A DNA stretch of 59,053 nucleotides, from assembly GCA_001304105.1 (NCBI GenBank), contig LJUR01000001.1, positions 1 through 59,053 on the forward strand, read 5' to 3'. Source of the DNA: Deltaproteobacteria bacterium SM23_61. Its GTDB lineage: Bacteria > Desulfobacterota > SM23-61. Positions within the stretch are counted from its first letter, which is position 1. Every line of letters begins with the position of its first letter. Position numbers and translations under genes: made by a program. Positions 19,970-29,711 of this stretch are shown here, piece by piece. The notes beneath the pieces were generated by a model. The model made no database searches, was not told the DNA's origin, and worked only from the letters and a program-made list of their open reading frames with translations.

Positions 19970-20948
19970 CTACATAGACCGGATGTCCTTTCCGGGCGGA
20001 CTCAGCGAGGGCATCGAGGACCCGCATATTGCGGATGCTGTCTTCCGGTTCAACCTCCAGAGGCATTTGGCCAAGGGCCGCATCGGCGAAATGCTCCACC
20101 ATCCGCTGATACTCGTCAGCACCCGGAACGGTCTCCACTTTTCCTTCCTCTTCATCAACACCCCGGATTCGAAACCAGCAGTCTTTCTCCCAGGGGATGA
20201 AAGCGTCGTGAGGCAATTCGATGGCGCCCCGGGTACCCACCACGCTAAAGGTCTGTTGAAGGGCGGTCACGAAACTGGCTTCAACAATGGCCATTTCCCC
20301 CCGCGGGAATCGGAGAATTCCGACAAAAGTCAAGTCCACCCCGGTGGGCCCATACTGGGCCGACCCCTGAACGAATTCCGGTTCAGCCCCCAGGATCCAT
20401 CTGGCCAAACTCACCCCGTAGCAGCCCACATCCAGTAAGGCCCCTCCGCCCATTTCAGGCCGGAAGCGGATGTCTTGGGGGTCCGGATGGGGAAAACAAA
20501 AGGCCGAACGAACAAGCCGGATCTCACCGACGAGTCCTTCCGCTACGAGAGATTTGATACGTCGGCTTCGGGGATGGAAACGGTACATCAACCCTTCCAT
20601 CAACAACTTCCCTCTGGCTTTCGCCTCCTCGACCATCCTCTGGGCCTCTTCCCCATTCCTAGCCAGAGGCTTTTCACAAAGGACATGTTTCCCGGCCCGC
20701 AAGGCTTTGAGGGTCCATTCACAGTGGAGATGATTGGGAAGGGGGATATACACCGCATCGACGGCGGGGTTTTCCAGAACCTCCTCGTATCCCGGGCAGG
20801 CCCCGGGGATTTCATGTTCGAGAGCGAGGGATTGGGCCTGTTCCTCGGAACGGCAACCCACAGAAACAATCCTCCCGTTCCGGGAACGTTTCAATGCGGG
20901 AATCATGCAGCGCTGAGCGATTCGGGCGCTTCCCAAAATTCCCCAGCA
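19947..20948 (-). pseudogene. Gfo/Idh/MocA oxidoreductase lacking an intact start; 3' end runs into the transposon inverted repeat
   Basis: WGILGSARIA, VYIPLPN..H, KHVLCEKP, GGGALLDVGCY; no start codon just upstream of the Rossmann motif. Confidence 0.75.
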
Positions 20949-22500
20949 CCCCCAGCAATAGATGATCTGCCAGATTGCGATGGAAGGGAAACCTACCGGG
21001 AGAAAAAACGGGCAATTGTTGATCGGCCCAGACACCCGGGCTTTGACGCCGCCGAAGCATAAGCCGGGGAAGAGATTCGGTAACCGGAATGGCTTTCTCC
21101 CGGTAAAAATCAACCGGGTCTGTTTCCCGGACGGTTACTTCGCTCCAATGGCCGACGATGGCTCCTTCTGTACCCAGGAGATACCACTTCGGTTTCCTCA
21201 GCGCCGCGATGTCCGAATAAAGAAATTCTGCCTCTCGCCCGTCCTGGAAAAGAATCTGAACCCGGATCTGGTCGGCATTGGTTACATCATGCCAAACCCG
21301 CTTGTGACGGGTGCCGGTAATCGACTGGGTCGGGCCGGGAAAAAGATTCAAAATCCAATCCACATGATGGGCGCCCCAGTCGAAAGCCGCATCTCCCGAG
21401 ATCGGCTGGTGGGAATGCCAGTAGGAGCAAGGATGGGCGAAGTTTCCCACGAAAGTCTCCAAATAGAAAAGATCACCGATCCAACCGCTGCGGATGGCAT
21501 TTTGGATGGCCAGGAAATCAAGATCCCAGCGGCGGTTTTGGTAGCAACTCAGGATTCGGCCGTTCACTTGAGATGCTTCGATCATTTCTTCGGCTTCGGT
21601 CCGGGTCAGACACAAGGGCTTCTCGCATACGATATGCTTTCCGGCTTGCAGAAGCTGAATCGCCAGGGCGGCATGGGTATTGGGCGGGGTGGCAATCATT
21701 ACCAAATCTACATCCGGATCCCGTCCCAATTCGTCGGCGCTTTCATAAGCCCGACACTCAGGAAAATCCTGGCGGCATTGCAAAAGCCTCTGGGGACTAT
21801 AATCACAAAAGGCCCGCAGGTGGTACCCAGGAACTTCCTTCAGGGCCAGGGCATGCAGATATCCCACTGAACCAAGGGGTCCATAACCCAGGATGGCGAC
21901 TTGTAAGGGAGCCGGGTCGGTCAGTCCGGCCAGATGCCTCACCAAGCGATAAACGAACTGCTGAAGAAAAGGCTCCCCGTAAGCCTGTAAGGTGGTGCAG
22001 CCGATGATCCCTTTTCCTTCCTGGCGGATGACCGCCAACCCCGCTTCTTGGAAACACCACACGGTGGTCAAAAGGGACTGCGTATTTTCGTCCACGGCTT
22101 TCAAAGGTAAAAAACGATCATAGATATGAAACTCCGCCGGGAGGCGACGGGCGATGGGATGGTGGGGATCGGAGAACCGGACCCGAAGTTCCGAAACCGG
22201 CCCGGGATTCCCCGTTTGAACGCCGAAGATGGAAGGAAACCAGGAACCTCCCAAGGCCAGGCACCCGCCTCCCCCTGCGACGTAGTTCATCAACTCCTGT
22301 TGCGCTGGCAACGAAAGAACCCCGGCGTCCGTTAATATGATGACCTGATAATGATTTAATTCGGCGGGCAAGCGAGACGATGCCTGGACCTCTGCCCGAA
22401 CTTGATGGGTTTTTTGGAAATAATTATAAAGGGGCTCAATGGAATTGCGATTCTCTCCCGTCTCTCCGGCGAGAAAGAGCACACGGGCGGGTGCCAGCAT
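20812..22500 (-). CDS. ThuA/GATase1-like plus Gfo/Idh/MocA oxidoreductase fusion, C-terminus apparently disrupted near 20950
   Basis: N-terminal ThuA-like region (HPI...LP.EF...D), then LGYG, ATPP.TH, CEKP, YQNRRWD, DWG.H. Confidence 0.75.
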   Translation of the reverse strand: MLAPARVLFLAGETGENRNSIEPLYNYFQKTHQVRAEVQASSRLPAELNHYQVIILTDAGVLSLPAQQELMNYVAGGGGCLALGGSWFPSIFGVQTGNPGPVSELRVRFSDPHHPIARRLPAEFHIYDRFLPLKAVDENTQSLLTTVWCFQEAGLAVIRQEGKGIIGCTTLQAYGEPFLQQFVYRLVRHLAGLTDPAPLQVAILGYGPLGSVGYLHALALKEVPGYHLRAFCDYSPQRLLQCRQDFPECRAYESADELGRDPDVDLVMIATPPNTHAALAIQLLQAGKHIVCEKPLCLTRTEAEEMIEASQVNGRILSCYQNRRWDLDFLAIQNAIRSGWIGDLFYLETFVGNFAHPCSYWHSHQPISGDAAFDWGAHHVDWILNLFPGPTQSITGTRHKRVWHDVTNADQIRVQILFQDGREAEFLYSDIAALRKPKWYLLGTEGAIVGHWSEVTVRETDPVDFYREKAIPVTESLPRLMLRRRQSPGVWADQQLPVFSPGRFPFHRNLADHLLLGVLGNFGKRPNRSALHDSRIETFPEREDCFCGLPFRGTGPIPRSRT

Positions 22501-22975
22501 TGAATTCCCCTCCTTCCGGCCTGGAAGTTTTTCACCTGCTTTAAAAATCTTCTTTGGAATCCACCCGGGAAATGGCCGGTGGAGGTCCTTACGGGGACGG
22601 TCTTTTCTTTTTACCTATTGTAAATATTCGCCTTTTTCCCAGCCCGAGTTTCCTGCAGGAATGGGGACAGATGATTCAGAAATGACGTTCGATCCTGGTC
22701 ATCAAAAAAATAAGTCTCTTTTTTATGCCCCCGGCCATCACATGCTGGAAAAGTCCAGAGCAATCTAACCGAGCGCCTCGGGGCCCAAAGGCATCATAAA
22801 TCAGCGGGATCGAATAATCAAACAGAAAAGAACCTCCCCACTCAGATATTAGGATGGGAATCAAATTCAGGACTTGCAAGGGAGTAGCTCTTTCGAGCAG
22901 GCGGAGTGGGTTTTTGGAGAAAATCATAATGCCTAATTACCGACGCGTGACCCCGACGGGGCTAAGTTCTTCGAA

Positions 22976-23246
22976 ATGATCCGCGATAAAGGGATCTGTC
23001 CGACCTACACGGCCAAATGAATATGATTTGGCAATAAACAAAAGGCATGGACCCGGTGATCGTATCTCTCCAACCCATCCTGCAATAGGCTTAGAAAATG
23101 GAACCGGTCCGTCGCCGAGAAAAAAAATTCATGCCGCGCGTTCCCTCTTACCACGACATGATAAACCGCCCCCGGATAGTGAATTTTCGGCTTTCGGGCC
23201 ATGAAAGTAATATACTCAAAATTTCAAAATATGCAAGCCTGACCCC
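22976..23246 (-). pseudogene. Truncated second copy of the RAYT-like element (one inverted repeat plus 5' part of the gene, premature TAG)
   Basis: Highly similar to 19699-19969; TGCAAGCCTGACCCC at 23232-23246; CAG->TAG after NHIHLAV. Confidence 0.88.
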
Positions 23247-23278
23247 TTCTTTGACACTTTTTCCATACGGATCTCTTT

Positions 23279-26200
23279 CTAGAAACCCAGCTGAGCCCTG
23301 GCCTTCTCGATCTGCTGCTTATACTCCCGGGCTTTGTTCCTATAGTCGTCTTGGGCCTCGGTCAAGAGCCGGTTGGCCAGTCGATCTGCCTTCCTGAATT
23401 CCGTCCTGGCCTCGGCCATAAGGCTGCTGTTGGCGAGATGAAGGGCCTTCTGAAAGTTCGCGATCATGAGGTAATAAACGGCCGGCATATTCTCTCCGTC
23501 TCTCTTCAGAAGTCCGGACATCGCTTCCTCGAGCTGCCTCATCTTTTCGACATTATCCAGCTTGCCGAGGGAGGCCAGGGCCGCGTTGGTCAGAAGAGCG
23601 TGCTTGTTCCGCTTTAGCGTCGCCACGTCCTTGGCCTCGAGCTGCTGCCGGGCCCCTTCAAGCCATGTCTCTATATCGCTGTCGATGTCCAGAATCAGCG
23701 ACCCGGCTTCTATGGGCTTATTCTCAATCCAGTCGCTATAGCACTTAACCAAGCTGTCGAGAACGGCCTGGCTGGCCGGATTCTCTTTCATCTGCATCCG
23801 GAGGACCTTCAACGCTCCCCGGTAGTTCTTGCTTTTCAACAAACCGTCGATCTCACCGGGGAGCTTTAGCGAATTCAAGTGCTTCCGGCATTCCTCCCGT
23901 CCTTCCTTCCAGAATCCGTTCTTAGCCGCCGCTTCCAGGAAGGGAATCGCCTTCTCCGGCACTCTCTGCTTATGATATAGGATGAAAAGGTGCTGGGCCG
24001 GACCGGTCAAAGCGGGATACCTTCTGCACCTCTCCTCTAAAAACTTCGCCGCCGCCCCTGAACCATCCGTGCCTTTCAGCGACTTTATCACTTCCTCGGG
24101 ATAGAAGCGTGAGGCTTCATCAATGGCTTTTAAAACGTTCTTCAAGTTTTCGTCATTTCTATCCGCAAGCTTTTCCCAGAACGGGCGGTATCTAGTTAGC
24201 CCTGCCGCCAGCTTCCAGAACAGGTCTTCCCGGCGTTTCCTGTCCACCCGGTCATCAAAAAGGTATTGGAGCACCATCACGGTATGTCCCGTAACCATGA
24301 AGTCGAGGGTTTCAATGACCGCTGACGCCTCCCCCGCCCGGAGGGAGCTGACGGCAGATTCTTGGTAGTCTGCGCTCGTACCGGTGGGGAGCATGTTGAG
24401 ACGGTCAAGCAGAGGGAGGAAATCAACAGACTTGATTTTGTGGATCCAATCCTTCGAGTCACGCAAGGCCACGAAGAAGGTTTTTTTCAGCCGATAAACA
24501 TCGGCAATCCAGTGGACATACTTCTCTTCGTCACGGTCAAAATCAATGTTCTTAGAAATTGTCCGGCCTTCTGTTCCAGCACACGCCTCGAAAGCCTTCC
24601 GCAGGAGGTCGGAACAGATTTTCCGGAAGCCTTCCTGCGCTTTGGGCGGCAGGTAGGTACAGGCCTCCTGCACAAACGAGAGCATTTCGTCAAGGGCCTT
24701 CTGCCGCCGCTCGGGACCGGCCGTCCTCTCCACTCCGAGGACGAGCGTCGGGGTGTTAAGGTTCATCCTTCTATTCAGGAATTCGGCAACCTTGTGGGAA
24801 ATGAACTCTTCAAGATATCCGGGGCTGTTGGCCACAGAGAGAAGGTTCGTCGCGTCTTTCTTGCCCTGGCGCGCCTCAACCTCGTCCTTTAGGAGTCCGG
24901 CCGAGTAGGCCGAGGCAAAGTCGCGGTGGAAATCCGCCCGCCTCTCGGCATGGGGACGAGGGTCCTGCAGTAGGATATCGCACAGGTAGAGTCTTTCGCC
25001 ATAGGCTCTCCACGCCCCGAGGATCGCAGAATGATCCTTTTCGTTAAGGGATTCGTAGACCGCGATGTTTTTCAGGGCATCGAGGTTGAGCGCATCTTCC
25101 GCAATGAGGTCATTCCATAAGGCCAGAGCCCTCTCCGGCTGGCTCAGCCGATAAAGGAGTTCCGCCGCCTCGGACTTGACCATGGCCCGGAGCGCTTGAA
25201 GGGACGGGTGACGCATATCCGCCTCGGAGTATTCACGGAAGGGCGCCAGTCTCTTTTCGATTACCGCGTCGACTTCCCGGTCGACGAGGTCCAGGGCTTT
25301 CTTAACGCCCTCAATTCCGGCCAGTTTGTCTGGCCATTTCTTCTCAACGGGCCCGAGATCAGGCTTCCCGCCCTCATCCCCGTTTACGACTCCGGACGGA
25401 GGCGCCTCGTCCGGCAAGCCCGAAGCTTCCCGTGCCGCCTGGATGAATCTCCCCAAATCTACCGAAATGTTGACCTCCGACGCCGTCTTCCCCTCAGCCT
25501 GAGATTTGAGGCTCCGGTCGATCCTGTTCTGGACGACGGCCAGGCCTTTGGGCATCTTGAGCTCGTTGAAATTTTTTCGGCAGGTATCTATCCGGTCGAC
25601 GAAATCATTGCCCAGTTCGGCCGCCTTAAGCTTCTGTGCCCGCCCGGTCAGGCTCTGAAGGCGCTCGATACCAGCGTTTCCCACCCTATTGAGCAAGCCG
25701 ATGAACTCCGTAACGGCGGTGTGGTCCTTGACGGCCTGAGAGTATTCTTGGGAATCGCCGATTTTCTTTGACATCGGCTCGAGTTTTGTCTTAAGAAAAG
25801 AAAAGACGTCATACCGAGCCTGTTCCAGCTTGCGGCAGGAGGCTTCGAGTTCCCCGAGAACGTTTCGGGCCCCGGCGACGTCGATCGCTTCCTCCTTCGG
25901 CTTGGCAAGGAGAGCATCGTTCATGGGCGCCGGCTCGGGAGCTTCAAGCTCCTCGGCGGCATTCAGGAGAACCTTGATGAACGTGGCGGCCTTTTTTTCC
26001 GTCTGTTCCCGAGTCTCTCCCCCCTCGGCCGATAGGCCTTCTTTCTCGACAAATCCCCGCGCCAGGCGGTACATCCCGAGGGCCCGGAATTCGAGCGGCT
26101 GTCGGAGAAGCCGTCGGTGGTGGACAAGCGCCGCCAGGAGGGGCGGGATTTTCCCCTCCTTAAGAGCGGAGGCGAGTCGCTGCGGCACGTCCGTGAGCTT

Positions 26201-27058
26201 CGCCTCAAAAAGCTCGCACAGGGTTTCAAGCAGAAGGAGAGATGCATCCTGCGGTTCGTCTGCGAAATTCTTTATGAGTCGCCGGATCGTCGAGACGGGA
26301 TATCCCGCGATCAGCCACTCTATGCCCAGCACGGAAAAGGCCATGTTTCCGCCCGTTCTCTCCCGGCACATCTTGATAATCCGGTCCAGGAGGGGCAGCA
26401 TTTCATCCCGGATTTTCTCTCGCGGCTCCCTTTCAAGGAGGTCTTCAACTATAAGATCGTAAATTCCCGTCCAGCGACAGGTGCCGGCCCCGGAGACGCG
26501 CTTCCAAAGTCCACGGGTAGATTGCGGTTTGGCCGATTCAGGGGCATCCTGTCTCTCCGGCGTCTGCGCGCCTTTGAGCTTGGGAGGGTCAAAATCCAGA
26601 AGATCCTCGGAGAATTCGTCCTGTCCCTCGCTGATCCGGGCGGCGATGTTCTCTCCTCTCAGACGCAACCCGTCTGGTTCGTACCCAGTCTTGCCGTGGT
26701 ATTCTCTGTTGATCTCTTTCTGGAGGAGACTGATGTGGGCCCAGATGCGATGGCTGCTCGGATTGTATTGAGCTGCCCGCCTGATCCAGCCTGACGCTTT
26801 CTTCATCTTGTTCTGGCCGTAGAAGAGCCGGGCCAAATGGTACGCATACCGGGGGTTGGTCCCGTCGATTCTCTGCCCTTCCTTCAGATAGGAAACGGCC
26901 TCGCTCGGCGGCGTGGCCGGGTGGAGGGCTAGGCGGAAGCAGGCTTCGGCCAGGGCTTCGAGCTCTTCGGGAGTGGCCTGTCGTCTTTTCCGCAGCAAGT
27001 GGATACGGCGGACGTGGTCGAGCAGTTTTTCTCTTTCCCACAGAAGCGCCCGCCTCAT
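23279..27058 (-). CDS. 1259-aa alpha-helical/TPR-repeat protein
   Basis: TPR-like segments (AVSYLKEGQRIDGTNPRYAYHLARL; ALALWNDLIAEDALNLDALKNIA); ATGA overlap with upstream TIR gene. Confidence 0.8.
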   Translation of the reverse strand: MRRALLWEREKLLDHVRRIHLLRKRRQATPEELEALAEACFRLALHPATPPSEAVSYLKEGQRIDGTNPRYAYHLARLFYGQNKMKKASGWIRRAAQYNPSSHRIWAHISLLQKEINREYHGKTGYEPDGLRLRGENIAARISEGQDEFSEDLLDFDPPKLKGAQTPERQDAPESAKPQSTRGLWKRVSGAGTCRWTGIYDLIVEDLLEREPREKIRDEMLPLLDRIIKMCRERTGGNMAFSVLGIEWLIAGYPVSTIRRLIKNFADEPQDASLLLLETLCELFEAKLTDVPQRLASALKEGKIPPLLAALVHHRRLLRQPLEFRALGMYRLARGFVEKEGLSAEGGETREQTEKKAATFIKVLLNAAEELEAPEPAPMNDALLAKPKEEAIDVAGARNVLGELEASCRKLEQARYDVFSFLKTKLEPMSKKIGDSQEYSQAVKDHTAVTEFIGLLNRVGNAGIERLQSLTGRAQKLKAAELGNDFVDRIDTCRKNFNELKMPKGLAVVQNRIDRSLKSQAEGKTASEVNISVDLGRFIQAAREASGLPDEAPPSGVVNGDEGGKPDLGPVEKKWPDKLAGIEGVKKALDLVDREVDAVIEKRLAPFREYSEADMRHPSLQALRAMVKSEAAELLYRLSQPERALALWNDLIAEDALNLDALKNIAVYESLNEKDHSAILGAWRAYGERLYLCDILLQDPRPHAERRADFHRDFASAYSAGLLKDEVEARQGKKDATNLLSVANSPGYLEEFISHKVAEFLNRRMNLNTPTLVLGVERTAGPERRQKALDEMLSFVQEACTYLPPKAQEGFRKICSDLLRKAFEACAGTEGRTISKNIDFDRDEEKYVHWIADVYRLKKTFFVALRDSKDWIHKIKSVDFLPLLDRLNMLPTGTSADYQESAVSSLRAGEASAVIETLDFMVTGHTVMVLQYLFDDRVDRKRREDLFWKLAAGLTRYRPFWEKLADRNDENLKNVLKAIDEASRFYPEEVIKSLKGTDGSGAAAKFLEERCRRYPALTGPAQHLFILYHKQRVPEKAIPFLEAAAKNGFWKEGREECRKHLNSLKLPGEIDGLLKSKNYRGALKVLRMQMKENPASQAVLDSLVKCYSDWIENKPIEAGSLILDIDSDIETWLEGARQQLEAKDVATLKRNKHALLTNAALASLGKLDNVEKMRQLEEAMSGLLKRDGENMPAVYYLMIANFQKALHLANSSLMAEARTEFRKADRLANRLLTEAQDDYRNKAREYKQQIEKARAQLGF

Positions 27059-28815
27059 CTTAATCCTCCTTTATAAAGCTCGGATAGCTCGGAGATATCG
27101 CGAATCCTCAGCCCCTCATCATCTCCTATCACCAGGCGAGAGGCCGAAAGATCGATGCTGAGGGCGCCCGAGTAATGCGTATAAACGATCCGGCCGTCCC
27201 TCATGAGCGTCCGGAACCCGCTGGGATAGAGGAACACAACGTGCCGGCCGGTATTATCCGAGGAAAGAGGACGGGCCCCTGCCGTGGTGTGGAACTGCTC
27301 CCGGATCACCAGGTCCTGGTCCAGCCGCACTCCCTTCCCGGCTTCGTCGATGGCCAAAAGAAATCCCGGTCCGCGATAGACCGATGAGACGGTCGAGAGG
27401 GGGAGGGTTTCCGTCACCACGCAAAAAGACTCGAGGGAGACCTGGTAGGCCTTGTCTTCTCCAATGATCACGGCGGCTTTCTCGAAAAGCTGGATCCCCA
27501 GGATCGTCTGTTCGAGCCTATCCTGAAAGACGCAGGCCCCGTGATGGAAGGCATGGACTTTTCCTTCAAAATCAGCGAAGACAAGGTGCTTTTCCGATGC
27601 GCCAAGAGCCTGAACGCCCTGCGGATGGCTCAGGACAGGTCGGGGCTGATTCTCCGCCGTGATCTGGAAAACATTTCCGTTCCAGAAGCCGACCACGAGG
27701 CTGCCGTCTAACAGCGCGCAGTCCGCGGGGATAGAATAGCCAGTGCCGGGAGCCAAGGCCTCCGTCCCGGAGAAGCGATAGCTGCTCCGCTCTCTATTTT
27801 CGCGGAGAATCAGGATCTCCCCGGTCCACAGTGCCGCCGCGAGGACGCCGTCCCCTTGACGGATAAACCGGATTGGTCCGCCGAGCGGCATCTGTCCCAG
27901 GCTCCCGCCCTCGGTGTCGAAGAGACTCAATGACGAGCTCGACACTGCGGCCAGCGCCCGCCCGCTCGCGAAGAACACCACGTCTGTGCATCCGCGGCTT
28001 GGGATTAGACCATAAAGGGCTTTCTTCTCAGGCAGTTCTCCCTTCGGTCTGGGCTCGACGGGACGCCTGACCACGTGCTCGAAAACCGAAAAAGGGGCGC
28101 TTTTCCCGGTCCGGTAGCCTTTGGCCTCCGCCACGAGATAGATCCCCGCCGCCTTGGATTTAAACGAGAGGTCGGAGAAGAAGGCTACCCCGCCCGAGGT
28201 CTTGACGGTGAGCGTACCCTGGAGCTCTGCGCCGGGGGCCGAAAGGGACACGGCTTCTTCGCGGAAGTTCTTCTCGCCCCGATTGGAGAGGGCGACCTCC
28301 ATTCTCGGAAGGGTGTTGTGAACGGCGATGTCCTCTGGATGAGTCAGGAAGGACAAGCTGGGCGGCTCGGACTCCTTAATGCGAACAAGGCCCATGTTCT
28401 TGACCAGCCGGCTAAACCAGTCCGGGTTCCGAGTGTCGAGATACTGAATGTGATTGATCTCAAACGGGATTTCCGACTCGGCCTCCGGGTTGATGAGGAT
28501 CGGATTGACTTTGAGCTTCTTGCCGGAGGGGTCAAGCTGGAGCGCCTTCGTCAGCTCCCAACTTGTCATTTCCTTATGAAAGTAGGTTTTGGAATAGACC
28601 AGGATCACTTTTTGGCTTTTTTGGATGGCCCGGCCCAGGGCGATCAAATAGTTCTCGCCCTGGATGATCCCGAGTTCGGAGATGTCGAGAAAAATTCGGG
28701 GGAGTTTCCCGTCGGCCAGGGTGTATTCAAGCAGCGGCCGGTAGAGTTGTTCGCGGACCCAGGTCGAATCATCGCGGGCATAGCTGATAAAGATGTCATA
28801 ATGTTCATCGCTCAT
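27055..28815 (-). CDS. TIR domain + Ig-like domain + WD40-like beta-propeller protein
   Basis: YDIFISYARDD, IFLD, SQKVILVYS..Y...WEL (TIR, Glu87); LQGTLTV...GGVA.FSDL (Ig-like); repeated beta-strand blades (VVGFWNGNV, VFADFEGKV). Confidence 0.85.
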   Translation of the reverse strand: MSDEHYDIFISYARDDSTWVREQLYRPLLEYTLADGKLPRIFLDISELGIIQGENYLIALGRAIQKSQKVILVYSKTYFHKEMTSWELTKALQLDPSGKKLKVNPILINPEAESEIPFEINHIQYLDTRNPDWFSRLVKNMGLVRIKESEPPSLSFLTHPEDIAVHNTLPRMEVALSNRGEKNFREEAVSLSAPGAELQGTLTVKTSGGVAFFSDLSFKSKAAGIYLVAEAKGYRTGKSAPFSVFEHVVRRPVEPRPKGELPEKKALYGLIPSRGCTDVVFFASGRALAAVSSSSLSLFDTEGGSLGQMPLGGPIRFIRQGDGVLAAALWTGEILILRENRERSSYRFSGTEALAPGTGYSIPADCALLDGSLVVGFWNGNVFQITAENQPRPVLSHPQGVQALGASEKHLVFADFEGKVHAFHHGACVFQDRLEQTILGIQLFEKAAVIIGEDKAYQVSLESFCVVTETLPLSTVSSVYRGPGFLLAIDEAGKGVRLDQDLVIREQFHTTAGARPLSSDNTGRHVVFLYPSGFRTLMRDGRIVYTHYSGALSIDLSASRLVIGDDEGLRIRDISELSELYKGGLR

Positions 28816-28835
28816 CGGCGCGTCTCTCCTCCCGC

Positions 28836-29702
28836 CTATTGTTTAAAGAGTCGCGTCAAATAATCGAAATCGCCGCTGTTGACAAAATCCAGGAGGCTCT
28901 TAATCCGGAACGGGACAAAGGGGTGGCCGGCGTTCACGCTGATCGGCCCGGCCGCGGGGCTTGTGGAAAGCAGGGGAATCTGGACGGACAGATATTTCTG
29001 GAGGTCAATATTCCGGGCCAGGCCCGCACTCTTGAAGCTCGTGGCCAGGAGGGCCGAAGCGGCTCTCCTCCAGTCTCCGCACAGAATAAGGCCCAATCGG
29101 TCGCAGCGGACTTCCATGGTCCGGCAGTTGGACATGATCCTCTGGTATATCTCCCTCCAAGGAAAGCCCGGGAGGAAAGCCGCCAGCTCCTGTTCCCGGC
29201 TGCCCTCCACGAACTCGCGGATGAGGAAGCTGAGCGAGATCTCCTTGCGCCACTCTCCGGTATAGCCCAACAGATGCCCGGTCTCATGCCCGATGACAAA
29301 GGCCAGTTCAACGATATCGAGGTTTTCGACCAGATCGGTCCCGAGAAGGAGCACCGGCTTCGTCTTGCTCAGGACGCTGACGGCCGACCAGGAGTCGATC
29401 CCTTTGCGGCCGAGCCCGGAGACGACATAGGCCTCGGGCCGGGCCCATCCGGACTGGCTGTACAGATACTCGACCAGATGGTCGAGCCCGGGCAGGACGC
29501 GGTAGTCGATGAGAATTCCGCCGTCGAGGCCGATAATCCGGATCTTTTCCGTCCATTCGTCGTGGCGCTGGAGATAGGGATCGAGCAGCGGGAACGAGCA
29601 GTTTATCTTTTCGAGCGGGAACGGCTCCCACAGCTTTTTGACGTCGACCCTGCCGAGCTTGGGAAGCGAATCCAACTCGACTTGAGAATTCAGAATATCC
29701 AC
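28836..29702 (-). CDS. Soluble M48-family zinc metallopeptidase
   Basis: ELAFVIGHETGH (HExxH), downstream E.RCDR.G, C-terminal HP....RI. Confidence 0.85.
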   Translation of the reverse strand: MDILNSQVELDSLPKLGRVDVKKLWEPFPLEKINCSFPLLDPYLQRHDEWTEKIRIIGLDGGILIDYRVLPGLDHLVEYLYSQSGWARPEAYVVSGLGRKGIDSWSAVSVLSKTKPVLLLGTDLVENLDIVELAFVIGHETGHLLGYTGEWRKEISLSFLIREFVEGSREQELAAFLPGFPWREIYQRIMSNCRTMEVRCDRLGLILCGDWRRAASALLATSFKSAGLARNIDLQKYLSVQIPLLSTSPAAGPISVNAGHPFVPFRIKSLLDFVNSGDFDYLTRLFKQ

Positions 29703-29711
29703 GGCTCCGTC

